From an uncultured Gemmatimonadales bacterium (lineage in GTDB: Bacteria > Gemmatimonadota > Gemmatimonadetes > Gemmatimonadales > Gemmatimonadaceae): a stretch of 64,000 nt of DNA. The stretch is from contig CAVPQB010000006.1 of assembly GCA_963707505.1 (NCBI GenBank), positions 224,001 to 288,000 of the forward strand, given 5' to 3'. Under the pieces are notes generated by a model. That model was not told the DNA's origin. It saw only the letters and a program-made list of their open reading frames with translations, and did no database searches. A program made the translations under genes and the position numbers. Positions 9,587 to 19,556 of the stretch are shown piece by piece (positions within the stretch are counted from its first letter, which is position 1; each line of letters opens with the position of its first letter).

Positions 9587-9614
9587 TCGGGCGACTGAGG
9601 TACGGTGGTATTAT

Positions 9615-9650
9615 AAAGGGGGCTCACGGAATGTTCGTGGGCCCCTTTTT
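9615..9650 (+). terminator. Rho-independent terminator
   Basis: AAAGGGGGCTCACGGA-ATG-TTCGTGGGCCCCTTTTT downstream of the TPR gene. Confidence 0.7.
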
Positions 9651-9683
9651 CAAATCTCGCGTTTCAAACTCACAGGGGTCGTG

Positions 9684-10085
9684 ATGATGTCGGGATTGTT
9701 CAACAAGATGAACTTGAAAGATCAGACCGAAATCGTCGTCGTGAACGCGCCGGCGTCGTTCGAGCCTGAGCTGGCGAAGCTTGGCTCGGTAAGGGTCGTG
9801 CGCGATCCAGGCACGGTGAAGAAGATTGAATTCGCCATTGCGTTTGCGATTACGCAGGCCGAACTGGATCGCGCATCGAAGGCGTTGAGTGCGAGGGCGG
9901 AAGGCGATGCAATTTTGTGGATTGCATATCCCAAGGGGACGTCGAAGCGGTACAAGTGCGAGTTCAATCGAGATTCCGGGTGGACGGTGCTCAGTGACGC
10001 GGGATTCGAGAGTGTTCGGATGGTTGCGATAGACGAGGACTGGTCGGCGCTGAGATTTCGGAGAGCGGAGTATGTGAAGCGGTGA
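9684..10085 (+). CDS. Conserved hypothetical protein (DUF3052-like)
   Basis: LWIAYPKGTSKRYKCEFNRDSGW...VRMVAIDEDWSALRFR. Confidence 0.75.
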   Translation: MMSGLFNKMNLKDQTEIVVVNAPASFEPELAKLGSVRVVRDPGTVKKIEFAIAFAITQAELDRASKALSARAEGDAILWIAYPKGTSKRYKCEFNRDSGWTVLSDAGFESVRMVAIDEDWSALRFRRAEYVKR

Positions 10086-10157
10086 CGGATTCCGAAAAGG
10101 ATTCGCTCGGTAGCTCGATGATACGAGCGCGGAGTGTTTTCCGAGCAAGTATGTGCA

Positions 10158-10261
10158 ATGACGCGGGAAACGAAGCCTCCGAAGTTGCGCGCGTGATTCG
10201 GGCACTCGACGGAGAGGAACATTTAATGGCGCGACTTCTCTACGGCGGCGGACTGCGTCTA
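10158..10261 (+). pseudogene. intI: Integron integrase (IntI-like) relic, internally deleted and 3' truncated
   Basis: MTRETKPPKL (IntI-like N-terminus) joined out of frame to EVARVIRALDGEEHLMARLLYGGGLRL (box I region with the catalytic Arg). Confidence 0.7.
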
Positions 10262-10326
10262 GCCGCTGCGAGATACTCGTCGACAAGCGACAATCCAGCG
10301 GAACGCCCAACTCGGAGTAAACTCAC

Positions 10327-10887
10327 GTGGGACTTCTAACCTTCAGCCTCAACGTCACCCTGGACGGCTGCGTCGATCACCAGGAAGGAATCGCCGACGA
10401 CGAGACACACGCGTTCTTCACCCGCCTCATGGACGAGGGCGGGGCGATGCTTTGGGGCCGCATCACCTACGAGATGATGGAGGGCTACTGGCCGGCGGTC
10501 GCTCGCGGCGATGAGGAGGCGCCGCCGGCGATGCGCGAGTGGGCGGTCAAGCTGGAGGCCAAGCCGAAGTACGTAGTGTCGTCGACGCGAACGGACTTCC
10601 CGTGGACCAACAGCCACCACATCGCCGGCGACTTGCGCACGAGCGTGCAGAAACTCAAGGATGCGACCCCTGCCGGCGTGCTCCTCGGTAGCGGCAAGCT
10701 CGCGACCGAGCTGGACCGGCTGGATCTGATCGACGAGTACAAGTTCCTCGTCCACCCCAGGATCGCCGGTCACGGCCCGACCCTTTACCAGAGCGGGCTA
10801 CCCAGCACGCGACGGCTCGAGCTGGTCTCGTCGGCGCCGCTCCACAACGGCGCAGTCGCTATGCACTACCGGCGCGCGCGGGGCTAA
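10327..10887 (+). CDS. Dihydrofolate reductase / RibD C-terminal family protein
   Basis: NVTLDGCVDH, LWGRITYEMM, PKYVVSST, GSGKLA...LDLIDEY...HPRIAGHG. Confidence 0.88.
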   Translation: MGLLTFSLNVTLDGCVDHQEGIADDETHAFFTRLMDEGGAMLWGRITYEMMEGYWPAVARGDEEAPPAMREWAVKLEAKPKYVVSSTRTDFPWTNSHHIAGDLRTSVQKLKDATPAGVLLGSGKLATELDRLDLIDEYKFLVHPRIAGHGPTLYQSGLPSTRRLELVSSAPLHNGAVAMHYRRARG

Positions 10888-11016
10888 CAACGGGTTCGGC
10901 GGATTCTGTGAGCGTATCGGCCGCCCGTGCACCGGCCGCCCTCATGAGTGCCTTCGCGTTCGAGGTCGTAGTACCTTGCGAGATCCTATCGGACATCTAT
11001 GCGGAGGTGTGAGGGC

Positions 11017-11563
11017 ATGGGTAAGCTCGTTTTCGGCATGATGCAGTCCCTCGACGGCTACGTCGATGGCGTCGCGGGCGAGCTGGAATTGCCTCCGCCT
11101 GGCGTTGCGCTTGGCCGTCATTTCACGGATCACGTCCGCGGCCTGGCCGGCTGCCTTGTATGGTCGACGGATATACGAGATCATGCGCTACTGGGACGAG
11201 GATCGACCGGAGTGGGATGCGGGCGACCACGACTTCGCGGCGGCGTGGCGGGCGCAGCCGAAATGGGTCGTCTCACGTACGCTGAAGTCGGTCGGCGCGA
11301 ACGCCACACTCGTCGGGGAGAACGTCGACGCGTTTGTGCGCAGACTGAAGAAGGACGTCGAGGGTGAGATCGACGTCGCGGGGCCCACCCTGGCGGCGAG
11401 CCTCACCGACCTCGGTCTCATCGACGAGTATCGTCTCTACTTCCGCCCCTTCGTGCTTGGCGGCGGCAAGCCGTACTTTGCCGGCGCGCGGCCACCGCTC
11501 CGCATCATTGCCAGCGATCGTGTTGGCGAGGACGCGGTTCGGCTGACGTGTGTCCCAGCCTGA
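11017..11563 (+). CDS. Second DHFR/RibD-C family protein, frameshifted near 11150-11155
   Basis: MGKLVFGMMQSLDGYV, then in another frame LYGRRIYEIMRYW...PKWVVSRTL...GLIDEYRLY. Confidence 0.8.
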
Positions 11564-11680
11564 GCATGCGATTCCACCCGCCCGGCTTCACTCCGCGCTC
11601 GTAGCAGTCAGCGAGGCTGCGGATCCGTCGTTCGGAAATCACCCGTGCAGTTGAACGTACGAGCAGAAACGGAGCGAGAC

Positions 11681-12110
11681 ATGGACGTGCACACGCAGAT
11701 CAGCGACTACCTGGCCGCTCAACCGGAGCGCAAGCGCGGTGACATGCAAGCGCTGCACAGCATGATGCTGAGGGCGATGCCCGAACACTCGGTTGTGGTT
11801 CCTGGATGGTAAGGACGAGGGTGGTCGAACGGTCTCCAACCCGAGCATCGGCTATGGACTCCTGACCATCGCCTACGCCGATGGGCGAACCAGAGAGTTC
11901 TATCAGATTGGCCTGAGCGCGAACACAGCCGGGATCTCCGTTTACATCATGGGGCTCGATGACAAGACATACCTGGCTCGGACCTATGGCGGGAAACTCG
12001 GCAAGGCGAGTGTGACGGGGTACTGCATCAAGTTCAGCGCACTTCGCAACATCGAGCTCGACGTGCTCGAAGCGGCGATCCGAGACGGAATTGCGCGGAC
12101 CAGCACGTGA
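11681..12110 (+). CDS. DUF1801 (YdhG-like) protein, frameshifted near 11790
   Basis: MDVHTQISDYLAAQPERKRGDMQALH, then WFLDGKD...SNPSIGYG...LGKASVTGYCIKF. Confidence 0.75.
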
Positions 12111-12211
12111 CGACCCGCGTCGTATCTGTTCGCATCTGATCATATCTGATACGTTGCAGATGCCGCGTAAATTGCGCGCGGACGTTCTGGTCAGGAATGA
12201 GAGGAGACGGG

Positions 12212-12664
12212 ATGACTCTTAAGCGGATGGACAACGTCGGCATCGTGGTAGAATCCCTCGATGCCGCCATCTCATTCTTCGCCGAGCTTGGCCTGAGACT
12301 CGAAGGGCGAGCCACGATCGAAGGAGAGTGGGCCGGGCGCGTCACCGGACTGGGGACCCAGCACGTCGAGATCGCCATGCTGGTCACTCCAGACGGCCAC
12401 AGTCGGCTCGAGCTTTCGCGATTCCTCACCCCGCCCGTCGTCGCCGATCACCGGAACGCCCCGGTGAACGCGCTCGGCTACCTGCGCGTCATGTTCACGG
12501 TGGACGACATCGACGAGACGCTCGCCAGGCTCCGCAAGCGAGGCGCGCAGCTCGTCGGCGACGTGGTTCAGTACGAAGACGCGTATCGGCTCTGCTACAT
12601 CCGCGGCCCCGAAGGACTTCTCATCGGGCTCGCCGAGGAGCTCAGGTCCAGCGTCCCCGCATAG
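12212..12664 (+). CDS. VOC/glyoxalase family protein
   Basis: RMDNVGIVVESLDAAISFF...YRLCYIRGPEGLLIGLAE. Confidence 0.9.
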   Translation: MTLKRMDNVGIVVESLDAAISFFAELGLRLEGRATIEGEWAGRVTGLGTQHVEIAMLVTPDGHSRLELSRFLTPPVVADHRNAPVNALGYLRVMFTVDDIDETLARLRKRGAQLVGDVVQYEDAYRLCYIRGPEGLLIGLAEELRSSVPA

Positions 12665-12741
12665 GCGCCGTTGCCTCGCGGCGCGCGGACGGCGTTCGCA
12701 TCCTTCGTCAATCGGTGAACCATTACTACCCGGAGCGCCCG

Positions 12742-13125
12742 ATGAAACCAAGCCTCATGTTGACCGTCGCGTCACTGCTCACGCTTCTCCTCATCATGTT
12801 TCACCTGACGGACGACGTCCTCCTTCAGGCCGAGGGAGCGGTCAGATACCCCATTCCGGTCCTCATCTTCGTCGTATGGCTGTACGGAACGCTCATGCTA
12901 TCCGATCGGGTGCCGGGGTACATCATCATGCTGCTCGGTGGGTTGGCCGCGGCAGGCATGATCGTCATCCACTCGAAGGGTGGCGTAGTCCACAAGAACG
13001 GCGGCTTCTTTTTCGTGTGGACGATGTTCGCGCTCAGTGCAACGGGTTGGTTCACCGCGATCCTCTCGGCACGCGGATTGTGGCTGACGCTTCGCGCCAG
13101 ACGTTCAAGACTGCCCGCCAGCTGA
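12742..13125 (+). CDS. Hypothetical membrane protein (about 4 TM)
   Basis: MKPSLMLTVASLLTLLLIMFHLTDD...; GGAG RBS upstream; hydrophobic. Confidence 0.7.
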   Translation: MKPSLMLTVASLLTLLLIMFHLTDDVLLQAEGAVRYPIPVLIFVVWLYGTLMLSDRVPGYIIMLLGGLAAAGMIVIHSKGGVVHKNGGFFFVWTMFALSATGWFTAILSARGLWLTLRARRSRLPAS

Positions 13126-13257
13126 GCACCGAGGTCGGACCCGAGTGTCCTGAACATCGACGACTCGAGGGCCGTTGCCTTCACGCTCGACGCAAGACCA
13201 CGAAAGACGCTAGGTTGGCGCACACCTCTAGTGCGCTCGCAAACGACGCGAGGTATC

Positions 13258-13566
13258 ATGGAAACGCCCGATGCAATCACTGCCGCAGGTACAGCCAGCC
13301 AGCTTCGCATGTGGCTTGGTGTCACCCTCCTTGGCGTGGGCTTGCTGGCTCATCTGCTCTCAGCGCAGGCGATCGGCGGCCGTTACGTGGCGTACAGGGA
13401 CCACATCTTTGGCTTCGTCCTCCTTACGGTAGTCGCAGGCGTCATCATCGCGGGGCTCGGCTGGCGGTTCTGGCGAGGCCGCCACGACATTACGCTGCTG
13501 GCTCTCGGCCTGGTCCAGGCGATACTGGGCTTTGTGGTCTGGCTGAACAGGTTCAGCATGCACTGA
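13258..13566 (+). CDS. Hypothetical small membrane protein (about 3 TM)
   Basis: GAGG RBS; three hydrophobic helices. Confidence 0.65.
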   Translation: METPDAITAAGTASQLRMWLGVTLLGVGLLAHLLSAQAIGGRYVAYRDHIFGFVLLTVVAGVIIAGLGWRFWRGRHDITLLALGLVQAILGFVVWLNRFSMH

Positions 13567-13716
13567 TTGGTTCGTCCGCTCCTGCAGGCTCGCGGTATGC
13601 CATGGCTCATTCGTGCCATGCCGGAACGTTCACACTCGCGATCCCCCGGAAACGCACGTAGCTTTCGGGCTGCACCGAACGTTGGGTGACCACCGTAGCA
13701 TACCTGGGAGAATTCT

Positions 13717-14235
13717 ATGCGTACGCTTCACCGGCTCACGTGCACCTGGATCGGTTTAGGAACCGTCGTCTTTGCGGCATGCGCGAAGACGGATCAGAAT
13801 GCGTCGACTGACACCGCTGCCGTGGCGCCGGCAGCCGGGGCGACGACGGCGTCCACACCAGCACCAGCCGCCGCGGCGCCGATCAATCTTGCGGACGTCG
13901 CCGGCAAGTGGAATAGCCGGGCCACGCCGGCCAGTGGTCCTGACACTACACCCACCGTGTCGGTCATGACGGCGACCGGGACGACGTCCGGATGGACGAT
14001 CATGTTCCCTGGGCATGGTGCGCCGATCGCCGAGCGTGTCGCGGTGAGCGGCGACAGTATCATGGTGGACGCGGGGCCGTACCCAAGCGTGCGTCGTAAG
14101 GGGCAGCAGGTCACGACGCACACTGTGTTGCGCATGCAGGACGGGAACCTTGTCGGGGAAACCGTAGCGCACTACGCGGTGAAGACCGCCGACTCGGTGT
14201 TGGTACTGCACACCGTATCGACGCGCGCGAAGTGA
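13717..14235 (+). CDS. Hypothetical lipoprotein
   Basis: Lipobox FAAC, Ala/Pro linker, beta-rich domain; GGGAG RBS. Confidence 0.75.
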   Translation: MRTLHRLTCTWIGLGTVVFAACAKTDQNASTDTAAVAPAAGATTASTPAPAAAAPINLADVAGKWNSRATPASGPDTTPTVSVMTATGTTSGWTIMFPGHGAPIAERVAVSGDSIMVDAGPYPSVRRKGQQVTTHTVLRMQDGNLVGETVAHYAVKTADSVLVLHTVSTRAK

Positions 14236-14262
14236 CGTAGCGATTGTGTCGGGATGTCGATA

Positions 14263-14305
14263 CGGCAGGGGCGCGGTTTCCGTCGAGGAGGCCGCGCCCC
14301 TGCCG
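14263..14305. terminator. GC-rich hairpin between convergent genes
   Basis: CGGCAGGGGCGCGG...CCGCGCCCCTGCCG. Confidence 0.6.
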
Positions 14306-14372
14306 CGCTTTCAGGAATGAGAATCCTTTTCGCTGTCTTCCGGGGATCCCGTTCGCCGCGAATCGCGAACAA

Positions 14373-14861
14373 CTACTTCATCGCGAGCACGTGCTCCACG
14401 AATTGATCGACAGCGATCTCGGTGCCCTGGTAAAAGCCTGACGCTTTGTTTTTCTCGAGGTCCGCTTCATCCCGGTGCAGCGCCGTAAAGACATAACGAG
14501 TGCCGGTTCCCACTGGTTCCATCGTCATGATGGCGGTGATCGGAATGTCGTCAAAGACAGCCGGACGATAGTCGGGGAACAACATGGAGGTCCAGACAAG
14601 GCGTTCCATCGGAACGACTTCCAGAACACAGCCGACGTTGGGAACCTCCGGACCGTCTGCCACTGCGATGTCGATGCTGATGATGCCACCCGGCCGCAGG
14701 TCCAGTTCGGCACGCGACACGCGCCCCCAGGCCTTGGGCATGTACCACTCCTTGAGATGTTCCGGTTTCGTCAACGCTTCCCAGACTAGCCGAGTGGGTG
14801 CGTCGATGAACCGTTCGATAGCGAAATCGAGTTTCGGATTGACGGTGACTTGCTTGCTCAT
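14373..14861 (-). CDS. SRPBCC/AHSA1-like domain protein
   Basis: ERFIDAPTRLVWEALTKPEHLKEW...DLRPGG...VVPMERLVWT. Confidence 0.9.
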   Translation of the reverse strand: MSKQVTVNPKLDFAIERFIDAPTRLVWEALTKPEHLKEWYMPKAWGRVSRAELDLRPGGIISIDIAVADGPEVPNVGCVLEVVPMERLVWTSMLFPDYRPAVFDDIPITAIMTMEPVGTGTRYVFTALHRDEADLEKNKASGFYQGTEIAVDQFVEHVLAMK

Positions 14862-15211
14862 GAGTCTGACTCCTTCTGCTTGAGTTGTTTGACGTATTCG
14901 TCGAAGCGGTCCAGTCGAGCTTCCCACAACTTGCGACGCGCGGTCAGCCAGTCTTCAACGACCTTGAACCGCTCGGGTGCGATCTCATACGTCCGCACTC
15001 GCCCGCGCTTTTTCGACTTCACCAGTCGACTCTGTTCGAGCACCGAGAGGTGCTGCACGAATGACGGGAGTTGCATGTCGAACGGTGCCGCCAGTTCGCT
15101 GACAGTGGCTGGTCCGACAGACAGTCGCTCCAGGACTTTCCGCCGAGTCGGGTTGGACAAGGCGTGAAAAACTTTGTCTGCGGCTGCGAATTGAACCATT
15201 TCCGACACCAT
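14858..15211 (-). CDS. ArsR/SmtB family transcriptional regulator
   Basis: FHALSNPTRRKVLERL...SELAAPFDMQLPSFVQHLSVLE; ATGA overlap with the SRPBCC gene. Confidence 0.92.
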   Translation of the reverse strand: MVSEMVQFAAADKVFHALSNPTRRKVLERLSVGPATVSELAAPFDMQLPSFVQHLSVLEQSRLVKSKKRGRVRTYEIAPERFKVVEDWLTARRKLWEARLDRFDEYVKQLKQKESDS

Positions 15212-15260
15212 CCAGGGGCTCGGGTTATCCGATCTGACCGACGGGATTATACAACGGTGG

Positions 15261-15286
15261 AATACTTTTGTAAATACCTAAGTATT
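15261..15286. promoter_or_regulatory. Candidate ArsR operator (inverted repeat)
   Basis: AATACTT-N12-AAGTATT about 50 bp upstream of the ArsR gene. Confidence 0.5.
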
Positions 15287-15373
15287 TGCCTATCCTGGAA
15301 GCGCCGGCTCTTCACATGGAGACAGGAACTCGGAAGACGGTTTACCTTAGTTTTACGGCTTTTTGAAAGCTCC

Positions 15374-15400
15374 TGTCGAGTTTGACCGGTCTCGTTCGAC
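15374..15400 (+). promoter_or_regulatory. ECF42-type promoter upstream of a DGPF/YciI gene
   Basis: TGTCGA-N17-CGAC matches the ECF42 -35/-10 consensus. Confidence 0.65.
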
Positions 15401-15459
15401 GTATCGGTAAGGCCGCGAAGGGCGCGGCGCTGGTCCGGAACCGAATTCAGGAGAGAACA

Positions 15460-15861
15460 ATGCGTTTCATGGTCATTGGCAAGGCAACGAAGGAATCCGA
15501 AGCGGGCACCTGCCGACGCCGGAAGCGTTCGACGCGATGGCAAGTACAACGAAGAGCTCGTGAAGGCTGGCATCCTCCTCGCCGCCGAGGGGCTCGCAGC
15601 GACCTCGAAGGGTGCGCGCGTGAAGTTCAGCGGCGACAAGCGCACCGTCATCGATGGTCCGTTCACCGAGACGAAAGAGCTCATTGCGGGCTTCACGATC
15701 ATTCAGGTGAAGTCACTCGAAGAAGCGATCGAGTGGGTGAAGCGCGCTCCGAACATCTTGCGAACGGCGAGATGGAGGTCGAGATCCGCAAGCTGATGGA
15801 CCTCGAGGATTTCGGTGAAGAGTTCACGCCGAACCCCGAAATCGCGAAAGTGAAGTTCTAG
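15460..15861 (+). CDS. YciI/DGPF family protein with two frameshifts
   Basis: MRFMVIGKATKESEAG / KYNEELVKAGILLAAEGL...VIDGPFTETKELIAGF / EVEIRKLMDLEDFG. Confidence 0.85.
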   Translation: MRFMVIGKATKESEAGTCRRRKRSTRWQVQRRAREGWHPPRRRGARSDLEGCAREVQRRQAHRHRWSVHRDERAHCGLHDHSGEVTRRSDRVGEARSEHLANGEMEVEIRKLMDLEDFGEEFTPNPEIAKVKF

Positions 15862-15949
15862 CAGATGCCGGCCAGAGGTGCGTGGCGAGCTCGCTGGCGG
15901 GCCATGGACCGACGGTGTTCGCGGGACTATCGAAGCATGTCGACTTGAA

Positions 15950-16114
15950 GCTCGTGGACCGGCTGGAATTCGGCTCACGGCGGACGGCGTCGCCGATCTC
16001 CGCCGTGAGCTCGTCGAGCGTTCCGTTCCGAACAAGGAAAGCTGGTGGGGGTACGACGCGCTCCAGGTCGACGATCCCGACGGCAACGAGCTGCTCTTTC
16101 CGCTCCCGGAATAA
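15950..16114 (+). pseudogene. C-terminal fragment of a VOC/bleomycin-resistance protein
   Basis: LRRELVERSVPNKESWWGYDALQVDDPDGNELLF; no recognisable N-terminal half; 5' boundary approximate. Confidence 0.6.
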
Positions 16115-16238
16115 GCAATGGCGGCGCGATAGCCAGATAGTCACGAACAATTTCGTACTGTTGTCGACTTCAAGTGAATCCGTCGTTAGGCCCCAGAACA
16201 CGCACTCTCCCTCACAACCACCCGACCTTGGAGGTTCC

Positions 16239-16625
16239 ATGAAGCGAGTCACTGGCATTGGCGGCGTCTTCTTCAAAGCCAAAGACGCACCGTCACTACA
16301 GGCGTGGTACAAGCAGCACCTCGGAATCGATGTCCAGGAATGGGGTGGCGCGGCTTTCACCTGGGCCGATGGTGAAGGCAAGCCGGTTGCCGGAACAACC
16401 GCGTGGTCCATCAATTCGGAGCACAGCAACCAGTTTGCGCCCAGCACTGCACCTTTCATGATCAATTACCGAGTGGACGACCTCCGCGGTCTGGTCAAGG
16501 CCCTACGCGAAGAAGGCTGCAACGTTCTCGACAAGGTCGACGATTCCGAATACGGCACGTTTGCATGGGTCATCGATCCCGAAGGAAACAAGGTAGAACT
16601 TTGGCAACCGCCTGCCGGCCAATGA
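16239..16625 (+). CDS. VOC/glyoxalase family protein
   Basis: MKRVTGIGGVFFKAKD...FMINYRVDDL...WVIDPEGNKVELWQP; GGAGG RBS. Confidence 0.92.
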   Translation: MKRVTGIGGVFFKAKDAPSLQAWYKQHLGIDVQEWGGAAFTWADGEGKPVAGTTAWSINSEHSNQFAPSTAPFMINYRVDDLRGLVKALREEGCNVLDKVDDSEYGTFAWVIDPEGNKVELWQPPAGQ

Positions 16626-16772
16626 TCGTGACAGTCCGCCAGCACGAAGGCGGCACGCCTTGAGCTTTGGGGATTGTTCAGCGTAGCGCGCCAACGGTCG
16701 CAGTCCCCAACGTATGCGGCTATCTTTACCTCGTCTTTCACCCTTCCCTCCCACGGTGGCCGCAGCAGACCT

Positions 16773-17396
16773 GTGAATTTCTCTCGCCTCTCCGCTACCG
16801 CCCTCGTTGCACTTGGGCTGATACTTGCCCGCCCCACGGCCACCGCGCAGGCACAAGGGTCGATGGCCGGCATGAACATGGGCGACCATGGCCACATCAC
16901 GATCCCCAAAGGCGTGCTCTACACGGTGCCTGACGTCGAGTTCATGCAGGGGATGATCGCCCATCACGCGCAGGCGATCTACATGTCGCGGATGGCTGCC
17001 GCGCACCAGGCTGACCCGCGCGCTGCTGAAGCTCGCGAACAAGATCGACCAGTCACAGGTGGCAGAGATCCGGATCATGCAGGAATGGCTCACCCGGAAT
17101 GGACAGGTCGCTCCGGATACGTCCTCGTGGCGCACCGTGACGATGCCGGGGATGCTGACTGACGGCGCAGCTCAAGGAGCTCGACGCCGCGAGCGGCACC
17201 GCATTCGACCGCGCGTACCTCACGCTGATGATCCAGCACCACGAGGGCGCGCTGAAAATGGTCGACGATCTGTTTGCCACGCCGCGGAACGGCGCAGGAC
17301 GTGAACGTGAACGTGTTCGCGAACGATGTCGTCGCGGTTCAGACCGCCGAGATCAACGCGATGCGCCAGATGCTTTCGCAGCTGTCCGAGAACTGA
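16773..17396 (+). CDS. DUF305 family exported protein with several frameshifts
   Basis: DVEFMQGMIAHHAQAI, MPGMLT, FDRAYLTLMIQHHEGALKMV, QTAEI, spread across frames. Confidence 0.8.
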
Positions 17397-17428
17397 ACCC
17401 TTAACACATCACCCGGAGTCATTACCTG

Positions 17429-19241
17429 ATGCACATCGCCCGCCGGATGTTCGCGTTAATCGCGCCCCTCATTGTTGTGCCCACGCTCCTGGCCGCACAG
17501 ACGTATCCCAGCACCAAGGATCCTCGCAGCGGACTCAAGCCGGGCCGGTTCGATGCAGGGACGCCGCGCGAGAACATGCGCCTCGTTTCGTTCTCGCCCA
17601 AGCCGGCCGCGTTCGACACGGCACGTGGTCTGACGTTCATCAACTCGGATCTCGCCTTCAGCAACAAGTACGTCTACCAGGGTAACTTTGCCGGGTTCAC
17701 GATCTGGGACGTGAGCGATCCCGTCGCGCCGAAGATCGTCTCGGTGGTGTCGTGCATCACCGTCGCAGGGCTGATCCGTCAGTGTACGGCAACCTGCTCT
17801 TCATCTCTGCAGAAGGTCGGCGGAAATCGCACCGATTGCGCGAAGGGCGGCGTGCAGGATCCGAAGGACCACATGGCTGGCGTCCGCATTTACGACGTAT
17901 CGAATCCAGCCGCGCCACGGCTCGTGAAGAACGTGCAGACATGCAAGGGATCGCACACGCATACGATCGTTCCCGATCCTAAAGACAAGAGCGTCATCTA
18001 CATCTACGTCTCGGGCAACCAGGGCGCGCGACCAGCCACGGAGCTCGCGGGTTGCAAGAACGGAACGGATCCGGCGGACGTCAACGAATTCGCTCTACCG
18101 GCTCGACGTGATCAAGGTGCCGCTCGCGCACCCGGAGCAGTCCGCAGTGGTGACGGGCGCGCGCATCTTCACCGGACTCGATGCCGCACCGCGAGCAGCC
18201 GGCAGGCCCGGCCGCGCCCGTCGCCGCCGGTGCGGACACGACGCTACCGCTCCGCCACCGACCGGTCCGCGCAACTGCCACGACGTCACGGCGTATCCCG
18301 CGATCAATCTCCTTGCCGGCGCGTGCGCGAGCTACGGCCTGCTGGTCGACATCTCGAATCCGCTGAAGCCGGTGCGTCTCGACGCCGTGCTCAGATACGA
18401 ACTTCTCGCTCTGGCACACGGCCGTGTTCAGCAACGACGGCAAGCAAGGTCGTGTTCACGGACGAATGGGGCGGTGGCATCGGGTCCGATGTGCCAGGCC
18501 ACGTCGATGATGGAGATGGGCGGCAACACCATCCTCACGATCGATTCGAAGCGGAAGCTACACGCAGCACGCGTACTTCAAGATCCCGACGGCGCAGACG
18601 GCGCAGGAAAACTGCGTTTCGCACAACGGCGGGCTCATCCCGGTACCTGGCCGCGACATCATGGCGCAGGGCTGGTATCAGGGCGGAGTGAGCGTCATGG
18701 ACTTCACAGATCCCGACCATCCGACGGAGCTCGCGTACTTCGACCGCGGACCGATCGACCCGCCGCGCCCACGGACGCCCGGGGCGATCGTGGAGGAGTC
18801 ACGCGCGGCACGATCGGTGGATCGTGGGGCGCGTACTGGTGGAACGGATTGATCTACTCGTCGGAGCTCGATCGCGGATTCGACATCTCGAGCTGACGCC
18901 AAGCGATCAGCTCTCCGCAGAACGAGATCGCAGCGGCGAAGCTCGTGCACCTGGAGCAGTACAATCCGCAGAGCCAGCCGAAGATCGTGTGGCCGGCGGC
19001 GTTCGTCGTTGTCCGCTCGTATCTCGATCAGCTCGTTCGCGGCAACGGCCTTGCCGCGGAGCGTACGACAGCAATCGCGAACGCGCTCGACGCCGCGGAG
19101 AAGCAGAACGGCTCGCAGCGGCGCGCATCACTTCACACGCTGGCCGCACAGGTCAACAAGGACGTGAATGGCGCGCAGGATCAGGCGCGAGTCAAGTCGA
19201 TGGCGGCAGCGATCACGGCTCTCGCCAAGGCGACCGAGTAG
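17429..19241 (+). CDS. LVIVD-repeat beta-propeller protein with many frameshifts
   Basis: NSDLAF...YQGNF..FTIWDVSDP, GSHTHT, NCHDVT, ENCVSHNG, QGWYQGGVSVMDFTD, YNPQSQP; usual partner of DUF305. Confidence 0.8.
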
Positions 19242-19298
19242 GACGTATTGGGGAGATGATGCACGGGTGACCGACTATCGCAACGTCGGGTAGCACAT

Positions 19299-19352
19299 AA
19301 CAAAACCGCGGATCGCAGTGCTGACGTCAGCATAACGATCCGCGGTTTTGTT
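19299..19352. terminator. Long hairpin, probable terminator
   Basis: AACAAAACCGCGGATCG...TGCTGACGTCAGCA...CGATCCGCGGTTTTGTT. Confidence 0.6.
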
Positions 19353-19556
19353 TCCTTATATGGACGGTCGAGAATGGCAGGAACCAGACGGCGGCCGCTC
19401 ACACACCTGGCTTCCGGGGGCGACGAACATGTCCATCGTCCTGACCCTGCAACCTACAGGCTCACCGACGCCGATGCACGAGACACAGCGCGACGTGCGT
19501 CAAGCGCCATTCGCTATATATTGGCTTCGCCTGATAACTCTTCACAATCCAGCCTG

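Noticed and set aside
10082..10339. 85-aa ORF as a real protein
   Set aside because: Only its middle resembles IntI and the flanks look non-coding; treated as a relic
10327..11563. Trimethoprim-resistance dfr cassettes
   Set aside because: The sequences match the RibD-C/DHFR-like family and lack the typical DfrA IPW motif
19299..19352. Hairpin as an intact attC site
   Set aside because: It has AAC...GTT ends, but the right end reads GTTTCCT rather than GTTRRRY and extrahelical bases are not evident; a terminator is more likely
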